NCBI GenBank assembly: GCA_965235115.1
Contig: OZ249436.1
Coordinates: 21,764,001-21,828,000, forward strand
Direction of reading: 5' to 3'
Length of the DNA stretch: 64,000 nt
Source: Laetmonice hystrix
Lineage: Eukaryota
Of this stretch, positions 63,566 to 64,000 are shown piece after piece; the first letter of the stretch is position 1; each line of letters begins with the position of its first letter. The position numbers were made by a program, and so were the translations under genes. Below the pieces are notes generated by a model. It ran no database searches and was not told the DNA's origin. It worked only from the letters and a program-made list of their open reading frames with translations.

Positions 63566-64000
63566 ATGACATCACGTAGCAGAAAGAAGCACAGCTGGAG
63601 ACATGGCTTTCAACCTGGTAACTGCGCCTACAAGTTGAGAAAGCAGGCCGGTAGGCCTGAACCAGACGTAGGTGTCTATGTAAGACCCACCAAAGAAGAA
63701 TTCGAATTACTCCGCTCACCTACACACAGTGGAAGAGGAGATCAGGCTGCAGCCACCATCACCGACAGTGAGGGCCGGCTGTGCAAGGCAAGGCCTTGCA
63801 AACAAAAAAAAAGAAAAACTGGCTGTCACACAGTGCATTCCTGCCTGAGGGCTTTGGCCTTACATGCACGGATGGTGACAAGGAGAAACTGGTCAGACTG
63901 ATTGAATACAGGCTGGGCCAGAAAGTCCTGGAAAAGACCAAACACCTGTTAACCACCCAGAAATGTGAAGCTGTCAACAGGGCCATAAGCAGTACAACAC
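63566..64000 (+). pseudogene. Transposase remnant, copy 3 (runs off the window)
   Basis: Same as copy 2, including the A9 tract. Confidence 0.75.

Larger units (their letters stand above)
57576..64000 (+). mobile_element. Tandem array of a KolobokP-like composite DNA transposon (non-autonomous): INT(partial)-LTDR-INT-INT-LTDR-INT(partial)
   Basis: Near-identical internal segments (INT) 58207-60296, 60299-62387 and 62842->64000, with convergent transposase-remnant and His-Me nuclease ORFs in both complete segments. ~450-bp TIR-bearing modules (long terminal direct repeats, LTDR) lie at 57754-58204 and 62390-62839. Every junction has a 2-bp AC spacer. Confidence 0.88.

Overview
Eukaryotic (invertebrate animal, probably lophotrochozoan or marine deuterostome) genomic DNA with spliced genes, dense MITE-type repeats and one 100-N gap (57476-57575). 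Genes: the first coding exon of a FAM227A-like gene (minus strand) head-to-head with Chibby/CBY1 (plus, 3 coding exons); a single-coding-exon 305-aa protein with two predicted transmembrane helices; a small secreted, basic, Cys-rich protein with an anaphylatoxin-like Cys pattern; and SGSM3 (TBC-SH3-RUN, 20 coding exons, 804 aa, minus). The standout is the last 6.4 kb: a tandem array of a composite-like DNA transposon matching the KolobokP architecture. Its ~2.09-kb internal segments each encode an internally deleted Kolobok-type transposase and a convergent His-Me finger (I-PpoI-like His-Cys box) nuclease. The segments are separated by ~450-bp modules that carry their own terminal inverted repeats, and one module is precisely missing between two segments. 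Also present: a 3.3-kb fold-back element with ~680-bp inverted arms, a 1.72-kb near-perfect tandem duplication, minisatellites, a tRNA-Lys-derived pseudogene and many MITEs with readable target-site duplications (TSDs). Homology calls come from motif recognition, not database searches.
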